A stretch of 64,000 nucleotides of DNA from Eledone cirrhosa. Lineage: Eukaryota. Under the pieces are notes generated by a model. It ran no database searches and was not told the DNA's origin. It saw only the letters and a list, made by a program, of their open reading frames with translations. Below are positions 40,275 to 53,900 of this stretch, piece by piece. How positions within the stretch are numbered: position 1 is the stretch's first letter; each line of letters begins with the position of its first letter. The translations under genes were made by a program, and so were the position numbers. The stretch lies in contig OZ024754.1 of the NCBI GenBank assembly GCA_964016885.1, forward strand, positions 30,938,001 to 31,002,000, read 5' to 3'.

Positions 40275-42213
40275 TTATCTCTTTCTCTTAATTTCGAGTA
40301 TATTTTTTTGACCGGCCACCTTCCTGGTGGCAAGGTTGTAAAAGAAAAGAAATTGTCATCCCTTGAATCGCAAGAATGTTTTGCAAATTTTGAAGGTGAC
40401 AGCTATTGCAGCCATTTGTAGACTATGAATTAGGGAGCTGCGCTTTTTGTCCGCAAATCCAAGTTCAGTCATACTTTGGTCCAAGCGGGTTGGTATATAA
40501 CCCGCAGCTCCAATAATGATGTAATGATGGGTATGAAGCTAAAGGTGTATCTTGGATACTGGATTTGTAAACTCCTCATCAATGGTCCGTAGATATCCTC
40601 CTTCTGTATTTTTCTGACAACGTTTACATCAAGTGGGCAGCTGATCTCCACAACAGAACACGTTTTTAATGTGTGGTCCCAAACAACAATATCAGGCCGG
40701 TTGTGCTTTAATTTGGTGGCAGTTTTTATTTTCAGATTCCACCAGTGTTCCTTAGTGCCATCTGTCTCAATATATTCTTCCTCGTTTGTTGTTAATTTTG
40801 TTTTCCGTAGTGCGTTCCAGATGGTTCTAGCTATCCCATCGTGTCTCATGGGGAGGTTGTAGCGAGATGACATTCTTTCGCAGCTGGCAACAAAGTGGCT
40901 TACATCCTCGATCTTTGTTTTACATAGCCTACATTTATTGTCAGCTGCTGGCCCTCCTCTTTTGTGCAGCAGATATTTGGTAGGGAGTTCTTGTTCGATA
41001 TCCCTCAAGGTGTGATGTCATAAACTTGTCGGAACTCCATGCCAGGCTTTTTGAGTGGTTTATCCCCTCTATGGTCTGTGTTTTACGTCTCAAGTATCCA
41101 TGCACAACTTTTTCTGTAAATTGGTCAATTTTTTCATCTTGTTTGAACATTGAATAGGATCTTCCGATTTCTCTGGGTGAGAGATTTATATCAGGCTTTA
41201 TTCCATATCTCTCCTCCAGATCAGTCGCTATTCTAATGATATTTTTTTTTTCATGCTCATAAACCTGGGCAAGATGGTTGCCAACCTTTTTCCTCTGTTG
41301 AAGGTGTTGCTTCAGTGTTAGTATCTGGGTCTCATATGTTGTTAATATTGATTTTAGACCCCGTCCACCTTCCTTGCATGAGAAGTATAGCCTATCCACA
41401 TCACCATTGATGTTAAAGTTCCCAGTAACACTGAGAAGTTTGTGAGTTCTAACATCCATCTCACTTAGTTCTTGCAATGACCAGTTCAGCAGGCCAAATG
41501 TTGGCGTTAGAATTGGCACAGCATAAGTATTGTGGGCAATGTATTTGTTGTACGCTGACAGTTCTGATGACCATATTTTCTTTACTCTTCTGAGGTATTC
41601 AGTTCTGGTTCTCTCCTTATTTATGGGTCCATCATACCTGACATTCTCATCCTGTCCAAGATATCTGTAGTTGTCACCTGACTGCAGAGGTTGTATTGTC
41701 AGGCCGTTCATCTCTAGATTTCTAGAGGAGGGCACAGCTCTTCCACGTTTTAGTGCCAAATATGCACACTTGGACTCACCAAATTTCATTTTGATGTCTG
41801 TTGAAAATTGCGTAATGAGGTCCAATTGTTTCTTGATGTCATTGATATTTGGCCCATACAACTTCAGGTCATCAACAAAGAAAAGATGGAAGATACTTCT
41901 GGACCCACTTCTTTGTCTACCTTGTTTCCTGAGTAGGTAAGATAGTGGATTCAGTGAGAGAACGAAGAGTAGCACTGACAAGCTATCACCCTGAAAGATA
42001 CCCTTCTGGTAATGTATCTTATCAGTCTTAACCTGCTCCTTCTCACCTCTAAGGATCAAATTAGTGTACCAGTTCTTGGTCAGGCGTTCAACAGCGACTA
42101 CCAATGGTTGTGGGACTTTGGCTAACTGTAAAGCCTTAATAATTCACCCATGAGGTACACTATCAAATGCTTTTTGATAGTCCAGCCACACCACAGTCAT
42201 GTTTCTGCGATTC
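40275..42213 (-). mobile_element. R4/Dong-like non-LTR retrotransposon, 5'-truncated and frameshifted
   Basis: RT motifs GIFQGDSLS, HLFFVDDLKLY, YRYLG, GGRGL, then CCHC and RLE; near-identical to 15681-16840 but with a small deletion near 40996; (TATG)n flanks. Confidence 0.92.
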
Positions 42214-42758
42214 TATGTATGTATGTATGTTTGTATGAATGTTTGTATGTATGTATGTATGTATGTATGTTTGTATGTATGTTTGTATGTATGTATGTGT
42301 GTATGTATGTATGTATGTATGTGTGTATGTATGTATGTATGTATGTATGTATGTTTGTATGAATGTATGTATGTATGTATGTATGTATGTTTGTATGTAT
42401 GTTTGTATGTATGTATGTATGTATGTATGTATGTATGTATGTATGTGTGTATGTATGTATGTATGTATGTATGTATGTATGTGTGTATGTTTGTATATAT
42501 GTATCTATGTATGTTTGTATGTATGTACGTATGCATTTATGTATAAAAGTCAGTATGTATGTATCGTATGTATGTATGTTCATATATGAATGTATGTATG
42601 AATGGTTGTCTATATATCGGTGTATGTGTAAGTTCCTGTAAAATGTTATTCACATGTTAACAAAGATAAATATAAGTGTGTGCATGTATGTGTATGTATG
42701 TGTGTAAATATATATAAATAGAGAGAGGAATAAAGAGAGAAACACACTCACAAGCTAT

Positions 42759-42843
<85 letters not shown>

Positions 42844-43074
42844 ATATATAAACACATGTATATACATCAAATACAAGAGAACAGGTGAAGATAGGTGGAA
42901 GCAGACAGCGACCTTGAGGTATCTCTCCAAAATAGACTGAAGTTCTATATATCCCTGTTAATAGAAGAACTTAAAACTGAACTTCTGAAGAACGTTTGTC
43001 TGTATGCAGTTCTGAAGAATTTGAGACTGTTGTATGAGATAGTTCTGTTGATAGGAGAACACTCTAGATAGCTC

Positions 43075-44160
43075 TGTAAACTGAAGAATTTAAGGCTGGA
43101 GTTCTGAAGAATTTAAGACTGGAGTTCTGAAGAATTTACGACTGAATTTCTGAAGAATTTAAGACTGGAGTTGTGAAGAATTTAAGGCTGAATTTCTGAA
43201 GAATATTAGACTGAAGTTCTGAAGAATTTAAGACTGAATTTCTGAAGAATTTAAGAGTGAAGTTCTGAAGAATTTAAGACGGGAGTTCTGAAGAATTTAA
43301 GGCTGGAGTTCTGAAGAATTTAAGACTGAAGTTCTGAAGAATTTAAGACGGGAGTTCTGAAGAATTTAAGGCTGGAGTTCTGAAGAATTTAAGACTGAAG
43401 TTCTGAAGAATTTAAGACGGGAGTTCTGAAGAATTTAAGACTAGAGTTCTGATGAATTTAAGACTGAATTTCTGAAGAATTTAAGACTGAAGTTCTGAAG
43501 AATATTTGACTGTAGTTCTGAAGTATATTAGACTGTAGTTCTGAAGAATTTAAGACTAGAGTTCTGATGAATTTAAGACTGAATTTCTGAAGAATTTAAG
43601 ACTGAAGTTCTGAAGTATATTAGACTGTAGTTCTGAAGAATATTAGACTGTAGTTCTGATGAATTTAAGACTGAATTTCTGAAGAATTTAAGACTGAAGT
43701 TCTGAAGAATATTTGACTGTAGTTCTGAAGTATATTAGACTGTAGTTCTGAAGAATATTAGACTGTAGTTCTGATGAATTTAAGACTGAATTTCTGAAGA
43801 ATATTTGACTGTAGTTCTGAAGTATATTAGACTGTAGTTCTGATGAATTTAAGACTGAATTTCTGAAGAATTTAAGACTGTAATTCTGAAGTATATTAGA
43901 CTGTAGTTCTGAAGAATATTTGACTGTAGTTCTGAAGTATATTAGACTGTAGTTCTGATGAATTTAAGACTGAATTTCTGAAGAATTTAAGACTGTAATT
44001 CTGAAGTATATTAGACTGTAGTTCTGAAGAATATTTGACTGTAGTTCTGAAGTATATTAGACTGTAGTTCTGATGAATTTAAGACTGAATTTCTGAAGAA
44101 TTTAAGACTGTAATTCTGAAGAATTTAAGACTGAAGTTCTGCAGAATTTTAGAGTGTAGT
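43075..44160. repeat. 21-bp minisatellite (ttctgaagaatttaagactga)
   Basis: Directly visible tandem units. Confidence 0.95.
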
Positions 44161-44419
44161 TCAAGATAGGTCTTCATAATAGAAAACTTTTGAACTGTTG
44201 CTGTAGATAGTTCTGTTAAGAGAAGAACTTAAGACAAAACATTTCTGATCTCTTCACGGCAGCATCATTTCAATAAGCTTAGTCCCAGGAAACTACAATT
44301 CCTGGTTAACCCTTTACCATATATCTTATAAAAGATACTGACTATGGGTTTCAAATAATTGTGGAAATAATCAAGAATTTGTAATTTCCATTCTAGCTTT
44401 GCCTCATCCTCACACCTAC

Positions 44420-46592
44420 TGCCACTACCCCATCACAACCACTACCCCATCACAACTACTACCACCACAACCACTACCCCATCACAACTATTGACACCAC
44501 AACCACTATCACAATAACCACTAACACCACAACCATTACCACCACAAGCACAACATCTACAACCATTACCACCACAACCACTAACACCACAACCACTACC
44601 ACCATAACCAATACCACCACAACCATAACCACTACCACCATAACCACTACCACCACAACCACTATACCACCACAACCACTACCACCACAACCACTACCAC
44701 CACAACCATAACTACTACCACCATAACCACTATCACCACAACCACTATACCATCACAACCACTACCACTACAACCATAACCACTACCACCACAACCACTA
44801 CCACCCACAACCACTACCATCACAACCAATTCCACCACAACCACCACCACCACCACAACCACTACCACCACAACCACTACCACCACAACCAATTCCACCA
44901 CAACTACTACCACCACAATCACTACCACCACTACCACTACCACCAAAACCACTACCACCATAACCACAACCACTACCATCACCATCATCATCACAATTAC
45001 ATAACACCACCACTAACACCACCACCACCACCACTACAAACATGATTACATAATCACCACCACCATTACATATCCTCATCACCACCACCATTACATAATC
45101 ACCACCACCACCACCGCCATTACATAATCACCACCATTATTACACCACCGCCACCACCACCACCACCACCACCATTACATAATCACCACCACCATTACAT
45201 AATCACCACCACCACCATTACATAATCACCCCAACACCAACAACACCATCACCACCGCCACCACCATTATATAATGACTCCACCACCACCACCACCATTA
45301 CATAATCACCTCCAACACCACCGTCACCACCATTACGCTACCACCACCACCACCACCATTACATAATCACCCCAACACCACCAACACCGTCACCACCATT
45401 ACACTACCACCACCACCACCATTACATAATCACCCCAACACCACCAACACCGTCACCACCAACACCATCACCACCATTACACTACCACCACCACCACCAT
45501 TACATAATCACCCCAACACCACCAACACCGTCACCACCAACACCATCACCACCATTACACTACCACCACCACCACCACCATTACATAATCACCCCAACAC
45601 CACCAACACTGTCACCACCAACACCATTACCACCATTACGCTGCCACCACCACCACCACCACCATTACATGTCCCCACCACCACCAACACCGCCGCCACC
45701 ATTACATAATCACCACCACCAGCCACCCCCATTACATATCCCCACCACCACCATCACCATTACATAATCAGATCCAACACCACCACCACCACCATTACAC
45801 TACCACCTTCCCACCTCACACAACAGTTTAGTAATTTCAAAGGAGAAATGTAAAGAACAGGGTGTGGTTGGTGTGGGGGGGAGGGGCTAATGGTAAACTT
45901 AGCTCGGGGGGGGGGGGGTAACTGGTGTTGTGGATTGGTGGGTGTAGATAGGGAGGGGTAGGGAGGAAAAGGGTGTTGATATATGAGAGAATAAGGTGGA
46001 TGGTGGAGGTGGTGATGGAGAGGGTGTGGTGGTGTGGTGGTGAAGGTGGTGTGGTGGTGTGGTGGTGTAGGTGTGGTGGTGTAGGTGGTGTGGTGGTGTG
46101 TTGGTGTGGTGGTGAAGGTGGTGGTGGTGGTGTGGTGGTGTAGGTGGTGTGGTGGTGTGATGGTGTGGTGGTGAAGGTGGTGGTGGTGGTGTGGTGGTGT
46201 AGGTGGTGAGGTGGTGTGGTGGTGAAGGTGGTGTGGTGGTGTGGTGGTGTAGGTGGTGTGGTGGTGGTGTGTTGGTGTGGTGGTGAAGGTGGTGGTGGTG
46301 GTGTGGTGGTGTAGGTGGTGTGGTGGTGTGGTGGTGTGGTGGTGAAGGTGGTGTGGTGGTGTGGTGGTGTAGGTGGTGTGGTGGTGTGGTGGTGAAGGTG
46401 GTGATGGTGGTGTGGTGGTGTAGGTGGTGTGGTGGTGTGTTGGTGTGGTGGTGAAGGTGGTGGTGGTGGTGTGGTGGTGTAGGTGGTGTGGTGGTGTGGT
46501 GGTGTGGTGGTGAAGGTGGCGTGGTGGTGTGGTGGTGTAGGTGGTGTGGTGGTGTGGTGGTGAAGGTGGTGGTGGTGGTGTGGTGGTGTAGG
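44420..46592. repeat. CAC-rich then GGT-rich degenerate trinucleotide arrays
   Basis: 44420-45810 is CAC-rich; 45995-46592 is GGT-rich. Confidence 0.9.
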
Positions 46593-46799
46593 TGTATGTG
46601 GTGAAGGAGAAGATAGATTTTATTGAAGCATCAGCTGTAGCATTCTTAATCACTTCTACTCTTTCTCTCTCTCTCTCTCTTCCTCTCTCTCTCTCCCTCT
46701 CTCTCTCCTCCTCTCTCTCTATCTCTCCCCCTCTCTCTCTCTCCACACACACACATGTATATGTAAATTTGGTAAGCCACTCTTTATATATATATATAT

Positions 46800-46837
<38 letters not shown>

Positions 46838-46840
46838 GTG

Positions 46841-46871
<31 letters not shown>

Positions 46872-46881
46872 GTGTATATAC

Positions 46882-46917
<36 letters not shown>

Positions 46918-46957
46918 GTGTATATACATACATATATATATATATATATATGTGTAT

Positions 46958-46995
<38 letters not shown>

Positions 46996-47039
46996 GTGTA
47001 TATACATACATATATATATATATATATATGTGTATATAC

Positions 47040-47076
<37 letters not shown>

Positions 47077-47082
<6 letters not shown>

Positions 47083-47270
47083 AGGAGGGTGTGGTAAGAT
47101 ACCAGGTGGACTATAACGCACCAGAGTACTCAATACGCAGGGTAGTAGAGTGTAATAGGAAAAATGTCAGCACCCCGACGGCTGAGCTCCAGCCATTTCG
47201 ACAGCTAGATCCGAACCAGCTGTGGAAACAGCCAGAGCTCAGCCATCGGGGTGCTGACTCTTTTCCTGTA
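47077..47270 (-). mobile_element. asymmetric palindromic Penelope-like insertion, family A-related
   Basis: Arms 47154-47205 / 47217-47270, stem III remnants with a GAGCTC loop, hairpin at 47128-47151. Confidence 0.75.
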
Positions 47271-47445
47271 TATATATATATATATAGTATTAATTATATA
47301 TATATATATATATATAGTATTAATTATATATATATATATATATATATAGTATTAATTATATATATATATATAGTATTAATTATATATATATATATATATA
47401 GTATTAATTATATATATATATATATATAGTATTAATTGAGCTATA

Positions 47446-47632
47446 AGGGCGGTGGATTGGCAGTATCGGTAGAGGGTCGGACGCCATGCTTTCCAGCATA
47501 GTTACGTCCCTTTATGATCTGAGTTCAAATCCCGCCGAGGTTGACTTTGCCTTTCATCCTTACGGGGTCGATAAAATAAAGTACCAGTAATGCACTGGGT
47601 AATTGCTGGCCTTGTGCCTAAAGTAGAAACAA
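47446..47632 (+). mobile_element. full-length Meta-like tRNA SINE with TSD
   Basis: A and B boxes; flanked by direct repeat agtattaattgagcta. Confidence 0.9.
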
Positions 47633-48087
47633 GTATTAATTGAGCTACTTAACTTACTGGTAATAAGGTAGTAATATATTACTGCCTACCACTGTTTAGG
47701 GTTTATAAAAATATATATAACTGCAAAAGGTTTTTGTATTTGCATAACCATAAATAGTATAATTAATACTATTAACTGCTCCATACTGTTGAGCTGACAT
47801 ACAATAAATTACCAATATGCTAATCAAAGACCAACTCCCCATGTCAACCAAGAGCATACCAATACCATATGAGAAATTGCTGATCAGCAGTGTAAATTCA
47901 TTTATCAATATGCTATAATGAATGTTGACCCACAATATTTGCATATGTATCTGTATGTCTCTTGGGTGATAAGGAGGTCATATAAGTGTTCATTCAATAA
48001 TAAATTGCTCCGAAGAATCCAAACCTCGGTTTGGAGGAAACAGTTGTAAGCATAAAAATGTTTTGAACAGTTCTTTGATTCTTATAA

Positions 48088-48167
<80 letters not shown>

Positions 48168-48170
<3 letters not shown>

Positions 48171-48530
48171 TATCGAGAATCGTATTTCGGCCTATGAAAT
48201 AACGAAAAACAACCTCCGAGATGTGTGGCAAGTGCTCGATGGTTCAGAAGAACCAGAGCTACAACAAACGTTAAAGGCCAAACACACTGAGACGATGGTT
48301 AAAAATCATCCGCACAGCCAAAAAAATGATCAAGTAATTTGGGTCAAACAAATAAAAATATATGTGATTGAAAATTTACCCGGACCCCTGGAAGGTTGGT
48401 AAAATCCAGCATTTGGGTTTCTGCGACTCCTAAATCAAGTACTGTCCGCTTACATAAAAATGTTAGGCTTCTGGTAAGATGATTGAACAAGGAAGCCACT
48501 TTTTCAACAGGTTTTTGTTCAATGCTAATA
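48168..48530 (-). mobile_element. probable Penelope-like 3' fragment, family L
   Basis: Hairpin GCTC-TGGTTC-ttct-GAACCA-TC-GAGC at 48234-48259 (minus), 66 nt from a long (TA)n; no hammerhead found; 5' boundary uncertain. Confidence 0.5.
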
Positions 48531-48557
48531 CATGCTAATATATATATATATATATAT

Positions 48558-48885
48558 ATCATCATCATCATCATCATCATACGTCCACTTTTCACTGCTT
48601 GCAAGGGTTGGATGGGTCCTATTCAGCACAGCATCTCTCCACTTGTCACGGTCCTTCATCATCTCCTCCGTGAGCTTCACCGATCTGAGGTCTGCTCTCA
48701 CCACCTCCGCTCATGTTTTTCGTGGTCTACCTCTACTGCGTCTTCCTTCTACTGGGATTTCTTAGCACTTCTTTAACCAGCGGTCATCCTCCATGCGCAT
48801 CACATGTCCATACCATCTCAGCCTTTTCTCCTGCACACCACAACTTATCCCTTTATACCCACTTTCTTTCTCAACTCATCTATGC
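48558..48885 (-). mobile_element. RTE LINE 3' fragment
   Basis: Minus strand RLRWYGHVMRMEDDRWLKKC...GRPRKT; (GAT)n tail. Confidence 0.8.
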
Positions 48886-48999
48886 TCTGTGTATATATTT
48901 TTTTTTCTTTACATAATTTTACCTCAACATCAAAATAAATGAATTACAACAAATGTAAACTAAGACACACATTATACAAAGTAGAGTTAGTTACATTTC

Positions 49000-49036
<37 letters not shown>

Positions 49037-49082
49037 GTATACGTATGTATGTACATATGTATGTATGGTGTATGATGTATGT

Positions 49083-49456
49083 CATCATCATCATCACCGT
49101 TTTACGTCCGTTCTTCCACGCTAGCATGGGTTAGACGGGTTGTCCTGTTGTGGGCAGTGTCTGGTCGGCTGACCATGCCTTGCTCATACAGGAACTGATC
49201 TGGCTTGATTTCTACAGCTGGATGCCCTTCCTAACACCAACCTCATTTACAGTGAGTGCTGGGTGCTTTTTCGTGGCGCCTACACGTCCACTTTACAGTG
49301 TGGGCTGGGTGCTTTTTTTGCCGTGGCACCTCCACGACCACCTTGTGGTGGGGGGAGTGGGGGCATATTGTTTATATGCTTCAGCATGTACCCATGGGAG
49401 GTCGGGTACCCTGTATTACTGCGTGACGCCAGAAGTCACGGTCGTGTGTCATTGTC
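49083..49456 (-). mobile_element. RTE LINE 3' UTR copy
   Basis: Reverse complement of ~35945-36342. Confidence 0.85.
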
Positions 49457-49752
49457 TATGTATGTATGTATGATGTATTTATATATATGCATATATGTAT
49501 GTATGCTTATATGTATGTATGTAATGTGTCTATGTTTGTATGTATGATGTATGTATATGTATGCATATATGTATGTATGCTTATATGTATGTATGTAATG
49601 TGTCTATGTTTGTATGTATGTAATGTATATATGTATGTATATATGTGTGTGTTTGAATGTGTGCATGTATGTGTATATGTATGTATGTAATGTAATGTAT
49701 GTATGTGGTTATATATATATATATTATAAGCATCAGTATATTTATGTATGTA

Positions 49753-50106
49753 CGAGGGCAATCCCAAAAGTAAGGTCTCCTTCGGGAAACCTCAATCACC
49801 AAAATGCAGAGAGCATCCAGAGTGATCCGCCGATCTTTACGCATGTTTTCCTGGGAAGGAGACCTTACTGTTGGGATTGCCCTCATATATAATAGCTGCG
49901 CGAAATTCGCACTTGGCTGCGGTAGCGTTCAACGGGAGCTCCATTCTCAACGGCTGCCAAGCCAAGATTGAGCATCCCAGCGAGGCGCGCGCATGCTTGT
50001 TTGGGAGAGAAGGAAGCACCAATCACAACAGTGTTGCCAACAGCCGTACGAACAGTTTCTCTGCATCCCCATCGCTTTGGAGACCTTACTTTTGGGATTA
50101 CCATTG
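49753..50106. mobile_element. mariner-derived non-autonomous element with one left and two right TIRs
   Basis: TA|CGAGGGCAATCCCAAAAGTAAGGTCTCC; right TIRs at 49858-49885 and 50079-50106; transposase-like remnant MRKDRRITLDAL. Confidence 0.75.
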
Positions 50107-50996
50107 TATTTATTTAACATATAAATCCTCCTAGACATAATACTCAAGAAGTGTCCACCCTAAAAAATAATAACCTATAAAGTACATTGAAATACACACA
50201 TTTTATCTACAAATACACATGTAATATATACATTACATGCAGTATATATAAGAATGACATTCATCATTTCAGTATATAAAAATTACATAAGAATTACCTA
50301 CAGTATATATACATTACATATATTGTATATACATTACATACAGTATTTGTACAATACACAAATTATGTCTGTATTACATATATGTACAGTGATGTTGTAT
50401 GTACAATTCGTAGATGACAGTCAAATTGTCATTATCATTGTTTTAACATCTGCTTTCCCAGCTAACAAGGGTTGGATGGTTTTACATTGACCAAGTCAGT
50501 ACTGAAGCTGCGGCTACTGATCTCCCAGACTAGCCAGTGATCTGCCACCTTGCTTATGTACAGTTTCACTTTCTACTGAGTATAAAGGGGAGGTTGTAAT
50601 GTCTTTAACACAACTGAGGGTCCTCAGCATATTTCTATTAACCATTCACCAATTTTTACATATTTGTCCAGTCACAAGTTTGCTACTGGGATCAATCTAT
50701 GAGGTTTCCTGAGAAATGCCCTTTATAGATGGAATGTTTGATGCAAAGTGTATCACACTGTTCCCTGCAGTAATTATTTTGCCATCATGTCCACAGCAGG
50801 GCACAATCGAGGGTGTAACGATTGCCTTCCTCCCCAAGTTTTCCCCTATTTTCTTCCTTTGTTTTTTTGTTTCTTAATCGTGTTAATTAAAGTATAAAGT
50901 TTACATTAAATATGAAACACAGTCTCTGTATTCACATCTACACTATGTTTTGATTAGTTTCATCTCTTCATCAGGTGTCTTAATCCTGGAAGTGCA

Positions 50997-53900
50997 TACA
51001 GTAACTGGCTATATTAGAACTGGTCATCTTTACATTATATACAGTACCACACTATATTAGAACTGGTCATCCTTACATTATATACAGTACCACACTATAT
51101 TAGAACTGGTCATCCTTACATTATATACAGTACCACACTATATTAGAACTGGTCATCCTTACATTATATACAGTACCACACTATATTAGAACTGGTCATC
51201 TTTACATTATATACAGTACCACACTATATTAGAACTGGTCATCCTTACATTATATACAGTACCACACTATATTAGAACTGGTCATCTTTACATTATATAC
51301 AGTACCACACTATATTAGAACTGGTCATCCTTACATTATATACAGTACCACACTATATTAGAACTGGTCATCTTTACATTATATACAGGACCATACTATC
51401 TAGAACTGGTCATCTTTACATTATATACAGGACCACACTATATTAGAACTGGTCATCTTTACATTATATACAGTACCACACTATATTAGAACTGGTCATC
51501 CTTACATTATATACAGTACCACACTATATTAGAACTGGTCATCTTTACATTATATACAGGACCATACTATCTAGAACTGGTCATCTTTACATTATATACA
51601 GGACCACACTATATTAGAACTGGTCATCTTTACATTATATACAGTACCACACTATATTAGAACTGGTCATCCTTACATTATATACAGTACCACACTATAT
51701 TAGAACTGGTCATCTTTACATTATATACAGTACCACACTATATTAGAACTGGTCATCCTTACATTATATACAGTACCACACTATATTAGAACTGGTCATC
51801 TTTACATTATATACAGGACCATACTATTTAGAACTGGTCATCTTTACATTATATACAGTACCATACTATTTAGAACTGGTCATCTTTACATTATATACAG
51901 GACCACACTATATTAGAACTGGTCATCTTTACATTATATACAGTACCACACTATATTAGAACTGGTCATCTTTACATTATATACAGGACCATACTATTTA
52001 GAACTGGTCATCTTTACATTATATACAGTACCACACTATATTAGAACTGGTCATCTTTACATTATATACAGTACCATACTATTTAGAACTGGTCATCTTT
52101 ACATTATATACAGTACCACACTATATTAGAACTGGTCATCCTTACATTATATACAGTACCACACTATATTAGAACTGGTCATCTTTACATTATATACAGT
52201 ACCACACTATATTAGAACTGGTCATCTTTACATTATATACAGGACCAGACTGTATTAGAACTGGTCATCTTTACATTATATACAGGACCATACTATCTAG
52301 AACTGGTCATCTTTACATTATATACAGTACCATACTATTTTAGAACTGGTCATCTTTACATTATATACAGGACCATACTATCTAGAACTGGTCATCTTTA
52401 CATTATATACAGTACCACACTATATTAGAACTGGTCATCTTTACATTATATACAGTACCACACTATATTAGAACTGGTCATCTTTACATTATATACAGGA
52501 CCATACTATCTAGAACTGGTCATCTTTACATTATATACAGGACCACACTATATTAGAACTGGTCATCTTTACATTATATACAGGACCATACTATCTAGAA
52601 CTGGTCATCTTTACATTATATACAGTACCATACTATTTTAGAACTGGTCATCTTTACATTATATACAGGACCATACTATCTAGAACTGGTCATCTTTACA
52701 TTATATACAGTACCACACTATATTAGAACTGGTCATCTTTACATTATATACAGTACCACACTATATTAGAACTGGTCATCTTTACATTATATACAGGACC
52801 ATACTATCTAGAACTGGTCATCTTTACATTATATACAGGACCACACTATATTAGAACTGGTCATCTTTACATTATATACAGGACCATACTATCTAGAACT
52901 GGTCATCTTTACATTATATACAGTACCACACTATATTAGAACTGGTCATCTTTACATTATATACAGGACCATACTATCTAGAACTGGTCATCTTTACATT
53001 ATATACAGGACCACACTATATTAGAACTGGTCATCTTTACATTATATACAGGACCATACTATCTAGAACTGGTCATCTTTACATTATATACAGTACCATA
53101 CTATTTTAGAACTGGTCATCTTTACATTATATACAGGACCACACTATATTAGAACTGGTCATCTTTACATTATATACAGGACCATACTATCTAGAACTGG
53201 TCATCTTTACATTATATACAGTACCACACTATATTAGAACTGGTCATCTTTACATTATATACAGGACCACACTATATTAGAACTGGTCATCTTTACATTA
53301 TATACAGGACCATACTATCTAGAACTGGTCATCTTTACATTATATACAGTACCACACTATATTAGAACTGGTCATCTTTACATTATATACAGGACCATAC
53401 TATCTAGAACTGGTCATCTTTACATTATATACAGGACCACACTATATTAGAACTGGTCATCTTTACATTATATACAGGACCATACTATCTAGAACTGGTC
53501 ATCTTTACATTATATACAGTACCATACTATTTTAGAACTGGTCATCTTTACATTATATACAGTACCACACTATATTAGAACTGGTCATCTTTACATTATA
53601 TACAGTACCACACTATATTAGAACTGGTCATCTTTACATTATATACAGGACCACACTATATTAGAACTGGTCATCTTTACATTATATACAGGACCATACT
53701 ATCTAGAACTGGTCATCTTTACATTATATACAGTACCACACTATATTAGAACTGGTCATCTTTACATTATATACAGGACCATACTATATTAGAACTGGTC
53801 ATCTTTACATTATATACAGTACCACACTATATTAGAACTGGTCATCTTTACATTATATACAGGACCAGACTGTTTAGAACTGGTCATCTTTACATTATAT

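Noticed and set aside
43075-44160. Many CTGAAGA/CTGATGA words suggesting hammerheads
   Set aside because: There is no downstream GAAA, stem III or stem I; it is an ordinary 21-bp minisatellite.
47696-47944. 82-aa hydrophobic minus-strand ORF in unique DNA
   Set aside because: It has no recognisable motif or splice support and is expected by chance in AT-rich DNA.
50935-50980. Minus-strand CTGATGA-AGAGAT-GAAAC hammerhead-like motif
   Set aside because: There is no stem II pairing, stems I and III cannot both be formed with an NUH site, and there is no TA flank or 3' hairpin.
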